From: an uncultured Gemmatimonadales bacterium
Lineage (GTDB): Bacteria > Gemmatimonadota > Gemmatimonadetes > Gemmatimonadales > GWC2-71-9
Assembly (NCBI GenBank): GCA_963771275.1
Contig: CAVYSW010000010.1
Span: 192,001-256,000 of the forward strand
DNA: 64,000 nucleotides
Direction: 5' to 3'
Shown here: positions 47,072 to 55,768 of the stretch, in pieces
Layout of the letters: every line of letters starts with the position of its first letter
Numbering within the stretch: position 1 is the first letter of the stretch
Position numbers and translations under genes: made by a program
The notes under the pieces: generated by a model
The model's input: only the letters and a program-made list of their open reading frames with translations
Told to the model about the DNA's origin: nothing
Databases searched by the model: none

Positions 47072-49188
47072 TGGCACTCCGGCCCGACACCGCCGTCCAA
47101 TTCCTCAAGGGTGTCGGCCCGCACCGCGCCGAGGCGTTCGCGCGACTCGGCGTGCACATGGTCGAGGATTTGCTGTACCACACACCCCATCGCTATCTCG
47201 ATGCCAGCACCGTGACACCGATCGCGGAGGCAACGGTCGGGAAGGACGTCACGGTGGTGGGTCGGGTCGTCTCGAAGGGCGTGCTCCCCACGCGCAAGCG
47301 TTTGCGGATCTTCCGCGTGATCCTGCGGGACGACTCCGGCGTCGTGGAGTGCGCCTGGCCCGGCCAGGCGTTCCTCGATCGGTCGATCGCGCCGGGGCAA
47401 TTGCTGCTCGTGACCGGGGCCGTGAAGTACTACCACGGGCGGCAGATCGTGCCGCGGGAGACCATCATCCTGGCGGAGATGGATGAGGGGGGTGAGGGGG
47501 GTGAGGGGGGAGAGGGCCAGGGGATGATTCTGCCGATCTACCCCGCGACAGAGGGCCTCAGCCATCGCGTCATCCGCCGGATCCTGGCGGACAGCCTCGA
47601 CGCGATGCTCGCCACGGTAGATGACGTGCTGCCGGCTGCGGTGCGCGGCGCCGCCGACGTGCCGCCGTTACGGACCGCCTTGGAGATGCTCCACCGCCCA
47701 CGCCCCGCGCCCACGCCCTCCTCGTCTTCTGCCCCTCTGCCCCTGGGGAGTTGGGAGGCGGGACGCCGCCGTCTCGCCTTCGACGAGCTGTTCGATCTCC
47801 AGCTCGTCGTCGCCCGGGCCCGCCATCTCGCGACGCACGCTAGGCGCGGCGCGGCCCTCGAGAACAAGCGGGAGCTCACGACGGCACTGAAACAGGCGCT
47901 GCCGTTCGAGCTCACGGCGGGCCAGAAGCAGGCGGTGCGCGAGATCATCGGCGACATGACGTCCCCCAAGCGCATGCACCGGCTGCTGATGGGCGACGTG
48001 GGGTCCGGCAAGACCGTGGTGGCGCTGTTCGCGATGCTGCTGGCGGTCGAGAACGACATGCAGGCGGCGCTGATGGCGCCGACCGAGCTGCTGGCCGAGC
48101 AGCACGGCCGCACGCTGCAGCAGCTGCTCGCCCCGCTGGGCATCGTGCCGGACCTGCTGCTGGGCCGGCTCTCGGCCGGAGAGAAGAAGGCGGTGCGGCA
48201 GCGGATCGCGTCCGGCGAGGCGCGCTTGGTGGTCGGGACGCACGCGCTGATCGAGGAGACCACGACGTTCCGGCGGCTGGGACTGGTGGTGATCGACGAG
48301 CAGCACCGCTTCGGCGTGGAGCAGCGGGCGGCGCTGATCGAGAAGGGCCAGGCGCCGGAAGTGCTGTTGCTGTCGGCGACCCCGATTCCGCGCACGCTCG
48401 CGCTGACGCTGTACGGCGACCTCGACATCTCCGAACTGCGCGACAAGCCGCCCGGCCGGACGCCTGTCAAGACGGGGGTCCGGTCGAGCCGCTCGCGCGC
48501 GAAGGTCTACCAGTTTCTGCGCGACCAGTGCGCCGCGGGGCGGCAGGTCTACATCGTCTATCCGGTGATCGAGGAATCGGAGCAGCTCGATCTCCGGGCC
48601 GCGACCAAGATGGCCGAGGAGCTGGGCAGGTCGCTCGCCCCGGCCAGCGTCGGGCTGGTACACGGTCGCATGAAAGCGGACGAGCGGGAACGGGTGATGC
48701 GCCGGTTCCGCGACGGCGAGGTGCAAGTGCTGGTGGCCACGACCGTGATCGAGGTCGGGATCGACGTCCCCAACGCCAGCGTCATGGTGATCGAGCATCC
48801 CGAGCGCTTCGGGCTCGCGCAGCTGCACCAGCTGCGCGGGCGCGTGGGGCGCGGGGCGGACGAGAGTCACTGCATCCTGCTGACGGACGCCGTGGCCGCG
48901 GCCGGGCGGCTCCGCGCGTTCGCGCGCGAGACGGACGGCTTCGCGATCGCCGAGATGGATCTCAAGGAGCGCGGGATGGGAGAGCTGGTGGGAGCCCGCC
49001 AATCGGGAGGAATCACGTTGCGGTACACGGATCTCACACGGGATGGAGATTTGGTGAGGACGGCGCAGCGGGAAGCACGCGCCCTGCTCGGACGGGATCC
49101 CACGCTGAGCGGCCGGGAGCACGTCGGCCTGCGCCGCCGGATCGAGCGGCGTTACGAGCGGGGCGTGGAGTTGTTCCGGGTGGGGTGA
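47071..49188 (+). CDS. recG: ATP-dependent DNA helicase RecG
   Basis: LKGVGP, GDVGSGKT, APTE.LA.QH, VGTHAL, DEQHRFG, SATPIPR, VHGRM, TTVIEVG, LHQLRGRVGRG. Confidence 0.97.
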   Translation: MALRPDTAVQFLKGVGPHRAEAFARLGVHMVEDLLYHTPHRYLDASTVTPIAEATVGKDVTVVGRVVSKGVLPTRKRLRIFRVILRDDSGVVECAWPGQAFLDRSIAPGQLLLVTGAVKYYHGRQIVPRETIILAEMDEGGEGGEGGEGQGMILPIYPATEGLSHRVIRRILADSLDAMLATVDDVLPAAVRGAADVPPLRTALEMLHRPRPAPTPSSSSAPLPLGSWEAGRRRLAFDELFDLQLVVARARHLATHARRGAALENKRELTTALKQALPFELTAGQKQAVREIIGDMTSPKRMHRLLMGDVGSGKTVVALFAMLLAVENDMQAALMAPTELLAEQHGRTLQQLLAPLGIVPDLLLGRLSAGEKKAVRQRIASGEARLVVGTHALIEETTTFRRLGLVVIDEQHRFGVEQRAALIEKGQAPEVLLLSATPIPRTLALTLYGDLDISELRDKPPGRTPVKTGVRSSRSRAKVYQFLRDQCAAGRQVYIVYPVIEESEQLDLRAATKMAEELGRSLAPASVGLVHGRMKADERERVMRRFRDGEVQVLVATTVIEVGIDVPNASVMVIEHPERFGLAQLHQLRGRVGRGADESHCILLTDAVAAAGRLRAFARETDGFAIAEMDLKERGMGELVGARQSGGITLRYTDLTRDGDLVRTAQREARALLGRDPTLSGREHVGLRRRIERRYERGVELFRVG
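47485..47520 (+). repeat. 9-bp G-rich tandem repeat (GAGGGGGGT) inside recG encoding (EGG)3EGQ
   Basis: GAGGGGGGT GAGGGGGGT GAGGGGGGA GAGGGCCAG. Confidence 0.85.
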
Positions 49189-49280
49189 GGAGGGCGGGCC
49201 CGGGAGCCGGGCGGGTGACGGACGACGCGCCACTCGGGTATGTTCCCAGTGCGGGAGCGTTGGCGTCACAGGGAGGTACC

Positions 49281-49700
49281 ATGCGTCGTCCCTCGTACGT
49301 CCCGGCGCTGGCCGCACTGGCCGCCGTCGTCCCCCTCGCGGCGTGCGCCGAGGTGGGGCTGCTCGAGTCACTGGTCAGTCCCCTCACGCTCGAGCTCAGC
49401 GTACCGGTCGATTCGATGGTGCCCGGCGACCGGGTTGAAACCACGATTATCGTCCGGAACCGCAGCGACCGCACCGTCCACTTTCACGGCGGCGGGTGCA
49501 CGTTCGGTATCGAGGTCGTGCGCTCCGACGGAAGCAGTCTGAACCGCCTGCGGGACGGCAACTCGGTACCCGGCACGCTGGATGGCGGCCAGATGCTGAT
49601 GCGCACGGCCCCGATACCGATTCCGGGCGGTCAGACGCGCACCCTCATCCTGCTCGACGGGCCCGGCGGGCTGTTGACGGGTGCTCTGATCGACCCATAG
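49281..49700 (+). CDS. Hypothetical lipoprotein (beta-rich)
   Basis: GGAGG SD, lipobox LAAC, beta-strand-rich remainder. Confidence 0.6.
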   Translation: MRRPSYVPALAALAAVVPLAACAEVGLLESLVSPLTLELSVPVDSMVPGDRVETTIIVRNRSDRTVHFHGGGCTFGIEVVRSDGSSLNRLRDGNSVPGTLDGGQMLMRTAPIPIPGGQTRTLILLDGPGGLLTGALIDP

Positions 49701-49759
49701 CCGACTGCGTCGGACTGGATCGGCTTGCGCCGGGGCCTGCACCCCGTAGCGTATACCGC

Positions 49760-50281
49760 ATGTTCGCGATCCCGGACGCACTCCAGATTCTCAGCCACAC
49801 GCCGGGCGTGCTGCGCGCATGGCTCGAAGGGCTCGCCCCCGAGTGGGTCGAGGTCACCGACGGACCTGAGACGTGGAGTCCGCACGACGTCGTGGGCCAC
49901 CTGATCCACGGGGACCGGACGGACTGGATGGCGCGCGCCCGCCACCTCCTGGCGGGGCCGAGCGCCGTCCCGTTCACGCCGTTCGATCGGTTCGCCCAGT
50001 TCCGTGATAGCCGTGGCAAGACGCTCCCAGAGCTGCTCGATGAGTTCGAGCGGCTGCGGCGGGGCAACCTCGAGGAGCTGACGAGCCTCGCGCTGACCGA
50101 AGCCCAGCTCGCCCTGCCGGGGCAGCATCCCGCGCTCGGGCCGGTGACGCTGCGCCAGCTGCTGGCCACCTGGGTGGTGCATGACCTGAACCACCTCGGC
50201 CAGATCGCCCGCGTCATGGCCAAGCGGTACGGTGACGACGTCGGTCCTTGGAAGGCATACCTCCCGATCCTCACGCGCTGA
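49760..50281 (+). CDS. DinB/YfiT-family putative metal-binding thiol transferase
   Basis: WS..DVVGHL and HDLNHL.QI (His triad); preceded by TTGCGC-16-TAGCGT promoter. Confidence 0.85.
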   Translation: MFAIPDALQILSHTPGVLRAWLEGLAPEWVEVTDGPETWSPHDVVGHLIHGDRTDWMARARHLLAGPSAVPFTPFDRFAQFRDSRGKTLPELLDEFERLRRGNLEELTSLALTEAQLALPGQHPALGPVTLRQLLATWVVHDLNHLGQIARVMAKRYGDDVGPWKAYLPILTR

Positions 50282-50310
50282 CGCGGTTCTCTCACCGGAG
50301 GGGGCAGGGC

Positions 50311-50342
50311 TTGACGCATCAATAAATGTACATACATTGATG
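50311..50342 (+). promoter_or_regulatory. arsR promoter with overlapping ArsR/SmtB operator
   Basis: TTGACG-16 nt-TACATT; 26-bp palindrome CATCAAT-AA-ATGTACAT-AC-ATTGATG (50317-50342). Confidence 0.8.
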
Positions 50343-50346
50343 AACC

Positions 50347-50691
50347 ATGAGCGTCGCGACACGTCGTACCGATTCAGCCGGTGGGTTCCGCGCCCTGGGG
50401 GACGGCACCAGGATGCGGATTCTGGAACTGCTGGCGAACGGGGAGCTGTGCGTGTGCGATCTCACGGCCGCGATCGACATCCCCCAGCCGCTCCTGTCCC
50501 ATCACCTCCGGATCCTGCGCGAGGCCGGGTTCATCACGGCGCGCAAGGACGGACGGTGGAGCTACTACGCGCTCAGCCCCGAGCGCCTCGAAGCGTGCGT
50601 CAGCACGCTGGAGGCCGCCCTCGCGACCTATGACGCATCGGCGCGGAAGGGGAAGCCGGGCTGCGCGTGCCGGACGGGGACGGATCGGTGA
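50347..50691 (+). CDS. arsR: Arsenic-responsive repressor ArsR
   Basis: F.AL.D.TR..IL, ELCVCDL As(III) motif, SHHL..LR.AG, extra C-terminal CAC. Confidence 0.9.
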   Translation: MSVATRRTDSAGGFRALGDGTRMRILELLANGELCVCDLTAAIDIPQPLLSHHLRILREAGFITARKDGRWSYYALSPERLEACVSTLEAALATYDASARKGKPGCACRTGTDR

Positions 50692-50717
50692 CACCCCATG
50701 CGGAAGGACGGAACACC

Positions 50718-51521
50718 ATGAGCAGCTCAGCGGACGACGTGAAGCAGGCGGTGAAGCAGCACTACGGCCAGCGCGCACTCGGGGTGTTGGCGAGCGGGTG
50801 CTGCGGTGGGAGCGGCTGCGATGCCATCACCGCGGACCTGTACGAGCCGACCGAGACCCGGGGCATTCCCGAAACGGCGGTGCGCGCGTCGCTCGGCTGC
50901 GGTAATCCCACCGCCCTCGCGGAGCTCCGGGCGGGCGAGGTCGTCCTGGATCTCGGGTCGGGAGGCGGAATCGACGTGCTGCTCTCGGCCCAACGGGTGG
51001 GTCCCACCGGCAAGGCCTACGGGCTCGACATGACGGACGAAATGCTGGCCTTGGCGCGGGAGAATCAGCGCAAAGCCGGCGTCGCCAACGTCGAGTTCCT
51101 CAAGGGGGAGATCGAGCGGATTCCCCTGCCCGATGCGTCGGTCGATGTGATCATCTCCAACTGCGTGATCAACCTCTCCGCCGACAAGGACCGGGTGCTC
51201 CGCGAGGCGTTCCGGGTGCTCAAGCCCGGCGGGCGGTTCGCGGTGTCGGACGTGGTGGTGAAGGGCGGCGTTCCCGAGCCGATACGGCGCAGCTTGGAGC
51301 TGTGGGCCGGCTGCATCGCGGGAGCGCTCGAGGAAGGTGAATACGCGGCCAAGCTGCGGGCCGCCGGATTCGGTGACGTGAGCCTGGAGCCGACGCGGGT
51401 CTACTGTGCGAGCGACGCCCGGGCCGCGCTCGAGGCGGCCGGGCTCGACCCCGCCGCGATTGGCGACGAGCTCGACGGCAAGTTCTTCAGCGCGTTCGTG
51501 CGGGCCACGAAGGCGGCGTGA
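50718..51521 (+). CDS. arsM: Arsenite S-adenosylmethionine methyltransferase ArsM
   Basis: N-terminal [34 protein letters not shown]. Confidence 0.92.
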   Translation: MSSSADDVKQAVKQHYGQRALGVLASGCCGGSGCDAITADLYEPTETRGIPETAVRASLGCGNPTALAELRAGEVVLDLGSGGGIDVLLSAQRVGPTGKAYGLDMTDEMLALARENQRKAGVANVEFLKGEIERIPLPDASVDVIISNCVINLSADKDRVLREAFRVLKPGGRFAVSDVVVKGGVPEPIRRSLELWAGCIAGALEEGEYAAKLRAAGFGDVSLEPTRVYCASDARAALEAAGLDPAAIGDELDGKFFSAFVRATKAA

Positions 51522-51556
51522 CGCCTCCCCAGCGATCGCGCTGTTCGGCCCCGAGT

Positions 51557-51584
51557 CGGGCGCCGCGCTGGTTCCCGGCGCCCG
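51557..51584. terminator. Hairpin between convergent arsM and PCD genes
   Basis: CGGGCGCCG-10 nt-CGGCGCCCG perfect 9-bp stem; no U tract. Confidence 0.4.
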
Positions 51585-51585
51585 T

Positions 51586-51918
51586 CTAGAGCACGGCGTC
51601 CGCTTTCGCGGCGAGGACGAAGTCGCTTTCGGTGAGGCCGTCGATCGCGTGGGTCCAGATGGTGAGGCGCACCTTGCCCCACGCGAGAAAGACGTCGGGG
51701 TGGTGCCCCTCCTCTTCGGCCACCTGGGCCACGTGATTCACGAACGCCAGCGCATCCACGAAGTTCTTGAAGTGGTATTCCTTGTGCAGGTGATGGCCGT
51801 CCTGGATCTGCCAGTCGGCGTCCAGCTCCTGGAGCAGGCGCCGTTGCGCGTCGGCGGGCAGCGGCGGCGTGCCGCCGCGGCAGGGAACGCAGTGCTGCTT
51901 CGCGAGCGGGCTGATCAT
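51586..51918 (-). CDS. Pterin-4-alpha-carbinolamine dehydratase
   Basis: C.PC.GG, F.NF..AL.FVN, AE.EGHHPD, WTH.I.GL.ESDF..AAK. Confidence 0.92.
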   Translation of the reverse strand: MISPLAKQHCVPCRGGTPPLPADAQRRLLQELDADWQIQDGHHLHKEYHFKNFVDALAFVNHVAQVAEEEGHHPDVFLAWGKVRLTIWTHAIDGLTESDFVLAAKADAVL

Positions 51919-51925
51919 CGGTCTC

Positions 51926-52447
51926 CTAGAATCGCCATTGCAGGCCCAACCGGTCGCGGCCGGTGTACACCTCGAACGGCGTGAACGGGATGTTGCGCGG
52001 CTCGCTGTGTCCCGCGACGAGGTCGATCAGGAACATGCCGCCCGACAGCGCCAGGGAGACCTCACCGCCGAGCATCCAGCGACGCGCCTTGCCGTCGAGC
52101 CGCAGGGTCTCCTGAAAGAGCGCCTCGGCGTCCGGGTTCACGTACGTGCCGTCCGGATCGACAATGCAGTCTCCGCTCGCGTTGCGGCACATGGACTGGA
52201 GCCGGTCGTACACGGCGTCGGCGTCGCTCTTCTGCGCGATCGCCGCCGCCGCGAAGCCGATCGCGCCGGCCAGCAGCGGCCACTTTCCCCAGTGCGACAC
52301 GGTGACGTACCAGGGACGCGGGGTGGGGCTCCCGGGTTGCTGAGCCGATGCGGAGGGGCCGAAGGGCAGGGACGCGATGAGGAGCGCGAGCGCCATCGCT
52401 CCCGCTCCGGTCCTCTGCCCCCCTGCCCCTGCCGTCATCATCGCCAA
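51926..52447 (-). CDS. Hypothetical exported/membrane protein
   Basis: Signal peptide, two hydrophobic segments, paired Cys, aromatic C-terminus; overlaps the upstream gene. Confidence 0.6.
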   Translation of the reverse strand: MAMMTAGAGGQRTGAGAMALALLIASLPFGPSASAQQPGSPTPRPWYVTVSHWGKWPLLAGAIGFAAAAIAQKSDADAVYDRLQSMCRNASGDCIVDPDGTYVNPDAEALFQETLRLDGKARRWMLGGEVSLALSGGMFLIDLVAGHSEPRNIPFTPFEVYTGRDRLGLQWRF

Positions 52448-53532
52448 GCCTCCATGGTTCCCTTCCCGTCGATCACGAGCAAGACCCCGTGGCGGACGAT
52501 CGGCGGCTGCTCAATCGGGCCGGCGAGACGGGCCCGCCGCACGACCGTGTCACGCCCCACCAGCAGCACTTCGCCGGCGAGGGTGCCGATCAGAATGCCG
52601 TTCGCCACCGGCGCGGGCGACGCCCGGACGGGAGCGCCGAGACGGTCGCTCGTGTGGTCGTACGGGTTGGCCAGCGGGACCCGCCACAGCCGTCCCCCGA
52701 CCGACACCGCGAAGACGGTATCCCGGGCGATCACCGGCCCCCCAAAGATCGGTCCGTCGGTTCGGATCGACCAGAGGAGGGCGAGGTCGTGGCGTCCGAG
52801 ACCGAGGAGGAGCCCGTCCGGCGATGCCAGCACGATCGTATCTCCCTGCCACGCCGGGGACGCGATGACGGCGCCCAGGGCCGCGACGCTGTGGCGGACC
52901 GTCCCGTCGAGGGCGGCGAGGAGAAACAGCGAGTCGTCGCTGGCGACGAGGACGTCGTCTCCCAGGGCGGTGACGCCCGACCGGACGGGCCCGTGGAGCC
53001 GGCGGGTCCAGCGCCGCTGGCCGCCGGCGGGGGTGAGGGCCGTCACCTCGCCCGCCTCCGTCGCGACGATCACGAGCCCGTGTGCCGTGGCGATCGGTCC
53101 CACCACGGGTCCGACCTCCCGTCGCCACAGGCGCTTGCCGTCCTCGAGACGGTAGGCGTAGACCTGGGCCGACCGCCCCGCCGACGCGGCGTACACGCGG
53201 TCGCCGGCGATCAAGGGCCCTCCCGCGCCCGGTGCGCTGAGCCGTCTCCGCCAGATGGGTTTGCCCGACTCGAACTGCACCAGCGTGAGGTCGCGATCGG
53301 CACCGAGGACCGCGATCACCTGATCTCCCAGGGCGGGAGGGCCGGAGGCGGCCCGCCCGAGCCCCACCCGCCACCAGCGGTCGGGCTCCGGAGGGAGGGT
53401 CTCGTCTGCCGACGGCGCGCGCGTGCCCGACCCGAGCGGCTCGCTCCAGCCGCTGGGGTCGCTCGCCGGTCCGTGCATGATGCGCGGGGCGCACGCGCTC
53501 GCGTTGACACTCCCCAGGACGAGGGCTAGCAT
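52438..53532 (-). CDS. PQQ-like beta-propeller protein (BamB-like), possible lipoprotein; start ATG 53532 or 53479
   Basis: Repeated 'SG..IW', 'DG.RLW', 'GG..RW' blades with 'P....D.V' motifs; possible lipobox ASAC. Confidence 0.72.
   Translation of the reverse strand: MLALVLGSVNASACAPRIMHGPASDPSGWSEPLGSGTRAPSADETLPPEPDRWWRVGLGRAASGPPALGDQVIAVLGADRDLTLVQFESGKPIWRRRLSAPGAGGPLIAGDRVYAASAGRSAQVYAYRLEDGKRLWRREVGPVVGPIATAHGLVIVATEAGEVTALTPAGGQRRWTRRLHGPVRSGVTALGDDVLVASDDSLFLLAALDGTVRHSVAALGAVIASPAWQGDTIVLASPDGLLLGLGRHDLALLWSIRTDGPIFGGPVIARDTVFAVSVGGRLWRVPLANPYDHTSDRLGAPVRASPAPVANGILIGTLAGEVLLVGRDTVVRRARLAGPIEQPPIVRHGVLLVIDGKGTMEAWR
53504..53532 (+). promoter_or_regulatory. sigma70 promoter of asnS (near-leaderless)
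   Basis: Perfect TTGACA(53504-09)-17 nt-TAGCAT(53527-32); ATG lies 9 nt downstream with no SD. Confidence 0.75.
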
Positions 53533-53541
53533 TCCCGCCCC

Positions 53542-54840
53542 ATGCCTCAGACTGCGCGCATCAAGGACCTGCCGGCGCTGGCGGGGCAGACGGTCACCGT
53601 GCGCGGGTGGGTGATGACCACCCGATCGAGCGGGAAGATCGGCTTCCTGGTGTTGCGGGACGGGAGCGGGTACGTCCAGGCGGTCGCGCTGAAGAATGAG
53701 CTCGCGGCCGATGTCTGGGACCGGTTCAAGACCGTGACCCAGGAAACCGCCGTCGCGATCACCGGCGCCGCGCGCGTCGAGCCGCGCGCGCCCGGGGGCG
53801 TCGAGGTCGCGGTGCAGGGCATCGACGTGCTCGGTCCGAGCAGCGACTTCCCGATCACCCCCAAAGAGCACGGTACCGCCTTCCTGTTCGAGCATCGACA
53901 CCTCTGGCTCCGAAGCCGGCGCCAGGTGGCGATCATGCGGGTTCGTCACGAAGTCATCCAGGCCGTGCGCGATTTCTTCTACGAGCGCGACTTCGTGCTG
54001 GTGGACACGCCGCTGCTCACCGGCTCGATCGGCGAGTCGGCAGGCACCCTGTTCGAAACCCAGTACTTCGATCTGGGCAAGGCCTATCTGGCCCAGACGG
54101 GCCAGCTGTATCTCGAGGCCGCCGCCGCCGCGCTCGGGCGCGTCTACTGCTTCGGGCCCACCTTCCGGGCCGAGAAGTCGAAGACGCGTCGGCACCTCAC
54201 CGAGTTCTGGATGGTCGAGCCCGAAGTGGCCTGGAACGACTCGAACGATAATATGGGGCTCCAGGAGCAATTCGTCTCGTTCATCGTCGGCCGGGTCCTG
54301 GAGCGGCGGGGCGAGGAGCTCAAGGAGCTGGAGCGCGACACCGCGCCGCTCACCCGGGTCTCGCCGCCGTTCCCTCGGATCTCGTACACCGAGGCCGTCG
54401 CCAAGCTCCGGGAGCTGGGCAGCGATCTCGAGTGGGGCACCGACCTCGGCGGCGACGACGAAACCCTGCTCGCCCGGCAGTTCGATCGGCCGGTGTTCGT
54501 CTACAACTACCCGCGGCGCGTCAAGGCGTTCTACATGAAGCAGAACCCCGACGACCCGCGCACCGTACTCAACAACGACTGCCTGGCCCCGGAAGGGTAC
54601 GGCGAGATCATCGGCGGCAGCCAGCGGGAGGACGACTTGGACCTGCTGCGCGAGCGCATCCGCGAGCAGGGACTGCCCGAGGAGGCGTACGGCTGGTACC
54701 TCGACCTGCGGCGCTACGGGACCTTCGTGCACGCCGGCTTCGGCCTTGGCGTGGAACGGACCGTCGCGTGGATCTGCGGCATCCCCCACATCCGCGAGAC
54801 CATTGCGTTCCCGCGGATGATGTATCGGCTCTACCCATAG
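53542..54840 (+). CDS. asnS: Asparaginyl-tRNA synthetase
   Basis: OB fold GWV..R.SGKI.F..LRDG, RHLWLR, YLAQTGQLYLE, FRAEKS.TRRHLTEF, EIIGGSQRE, GFGLG.ER. Confidence 0.96.
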   Translation: MPQTARIKDLPALAGQTVTVRGWVMTTRSSGKIGFLVLRDGSGYVQAVALKNELAADVWDRFKTVTQETAVAITGAARVEPRAPGGVEVAVQGIDVLGPSSDFPITPKEHGTAFLFEHRHLWLRSRRQVAIMRVRHEVIQAVRDFFYERDFVLVDTPLLTGSIGESAGTLFETQYFDLGKAYLAQTGQLYLEAAAAALGRVYCFGPTFRAEKSKTRRHLTEFWMVEPEVAWNDSNDNMGLQEQFVSFIVGRVLERRGEELKELERDTAPLTRVSPPFPRISYTEAVAKLRELGSDLEWGTDLGGDDETLLARQFDRPVFVYNYPRRVKAFYMKQNPDDPRTVLNNDCLAPEGYGEIIGGSQREDDLDLLRERIREQGLPEEAYGWYLDLRRYGTFVHAGFGLGVERTVAWICGIPHIRETIAFPRMMYRLYP

Positions 54841-54847
54841 CGACAGG

Positions 54848-54883
54848 TGAGCGGGAAGTGGGGCAGGGACGAGGTCCCGCTCA
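54848..54883. terminator. Hairpin between convergent asnS and mazG
   Basis: TGAGCGGGA ... TCCCGCTCA inverted repeat spanning the 40-bp gap. Confidence 0.45.
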
Positions 54884-55735
54884 TCTCTGCCCGTCTCCCC
54901 CTCTGTCCCGCCTCTCTGCCGTCTTCGCTTCATCCCACAGCCGATCGAGCGCTTCCAGTCCCGCCGTGTGAATGTCGAGGCCGCGGTCCGCGGCGAGGCG
55001 CTCGACCGCGCGGAAGCGACGGGCGAATCGGCGGTTGGCCGACTCGAGCGCGGCACGCGGATCCAGCCCCGCCTTGCGGGCCAGGTTCACCGCGGCGAAC
55101 AGCAGGTCGCCGACCTCGTGCTCGAGCCGGGCGCGGTCTGCACCATCGGCGAGCTCCTCGGTCAGCTCACCGGTTTCCTCGCGGACCTTGTCGAGCGGCC
55201 CGTGCCAGTCCGGCCAGTCGAACCCGACGCCCGCCGCACGTTCCTGAAGTCTGAAGGCCATGATGAGCGCCGGCATCGCGGGCGGGAGTCCGTCCAGGAC
55301 GCTGGGACCGTCTTCACCGTCGCGCTCGCGCAGCTTGAGCCGCTCCCAATTCGCCTTGACCTGCTGGGCGGTCACCTGCCGCGCGGCTCGATCCCCGCCC
55401 ACCTGCCCCTCACCCCCCTCACCCCCTCCTCCCGGGAACAGATGCGGATGCCGCCGCCACATCTTCGCTTCCACCTGCCGGGCGAGATCCTCGGAGCCGA
55501 ACTGTCCGCGCTCCTCGGCGAGGACGATCTGAAACGCGAGGTGGAGCAACAGATCTCCCAGCTCGACCCGGATGGCCTGTGCGTCGTTCTGCCCCAACGC
55601 ATGGTCGAGCTCAAAGACCTCCTCCATCAGATACGGACGGAGGGTCTGGGGAGTCTGCGCTCCGTCCCACGGGCAGCGCCGGCGGAGATCGCGCACGAGC
55701 TCGACGATGCGTCCAAGCCCTGATGGTTCTTGCAT
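54881..55735 (-). CDS. mazG: Nucleoside triphosphate pyrophosphohydrolase MazG (two-domain)
   Basis: LR..CPWD..QT, EE..E, ELGDLL, RRHPH.F, WE..K, GFDW, E.GDLLF, F.RRF. Confidence 0.94.
   Translation of the reverse strand: MQEPSGLGRIVELVRDLRRRCPWDGAQTPQTLRPYLMEEVFELDHALGQNDAQAIRVELGDLLLHLAFQIVLAEERGQFGSEDLARQVEAKMWRRHPHLFPGGGGEGGEGQVGGDRAARQVTAQQVKANWERLKLRERDGEDGPSVLDGLPPAMPALIMAFRLQERAAGVGFDWPDWHGPLDKVREETGELTEELADGADRARLEHEVGDLLFAAVNLARKAGLDPRAALESANRRFARRFRAVERLAADRGLDIHTAGLEALDRLWDEAKTAERRDRGGDGQR
55403..55433 (-). repeat. G-rich repeat in the mazG interdomain linker encoding GGGGEGGEGQ
   Basis: Minus strand GGAGGAGGGGGTGAGGGGGGTGAGGGGCAG; 21 nt identical to the recG repeat. Confidence 0.8.
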
Positions 55736-55759
55736 TTGGCTCCTCTCGCCGGTTACAAT
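55730..55759 (+). promoter_or_regulatory. sigma70 promoter for alr overlapping the mazG start codon
   Basis: TTGCAT(55730-35)-18 nt-TACAAT(55754-59). Confidence 0.55.
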
Positions 55760-55768
55760 ACCGGCCCC

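Noticed and set aside
52438..55056. 872-aa minus-strand ORF as a single protein
   Set aside because: Only the part from about 53532 down is a beta-propeller; the rest is antisense to asnS or overlaps mazG out of frame.
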